From: Smithellaceae bacterium
GTDB taxonomy: Bacteria; Desulfobacterota; Syntrophia; Syntrophales; Smithellaceae
Assembly: GCA_963667845.2 (NCBI GenBank)
Contig: CAXXVL010000002.1
Location: 2,880,001 to 2,944,000 of the forward strand
Direction of reading: 5' to 3'
DNA: 64,000 nucleotides
Numbering within the stretch: the first letter of the stretch is position 1; each line of letters opens with the position of its first letter. Shown here one piece after another: positions 61,941-64,000 of the stretch. The notes under the pieces were generated by a model. It saw only the letters and a list, made by a program, of their open reading frames with translations. It made no database searches and was not told where the DNA came from. Position numbers and translations under genes: made by a program.

Positions 61941-64000
<2,060 letters not shown>

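Overview
Bacterial chromosomal window. Gene content (short EF-Ts, PilS/PilR-like pair, pan RNA, AbfD-family flavoprotein) suggests an anaerobic Desulfobacterota/deltaproteobacterium, possibly Syntrophales-like; this is inference. Bases 1-5635 are the right end of an AT-rich integrative element inserted in tRNA-Leu(TAA). It carries a tyrosine integrase, a regulator, an excisionase-like gene, a Zn-finger protein, an HTH gene, structured spacers and a DUF1566 gene whose 3' end resembles a DGR variable region. A decayed second-island remnant follows to about 6.7 kb. The most unusual locus is 9.6-16.3 kb: a Tat-signal-bearing single-chain EutB-EutC ethanolamine ammonia-lyase is divergent from an operon encoding an NCS2 permease fused to a degenerate RsbW-like domain, a Cache-HAMP-PP2C phosphatase and a STAS protein, with no intact kinase. 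The rest is mostly housekeeping: pan-motif-led panCD, ahcY, lptFG, a lipid A/L-Ara4N modification cluster with split ArnA, M23 peptidase, secA, argJ, rpsB-tsf-pyrH-frr-uppS-cdsA-dxr-rseP-tsaB, a Crp-ExeA-TPR cluster, glutaminyl cyclase, adk, a UvrD helicase, hisS-aspS with a long structured leader, comEC, pilS/pilR-like genes, acylphosphatase and a partial ligA. All calls come from reading motifs by eye; no searches were run.
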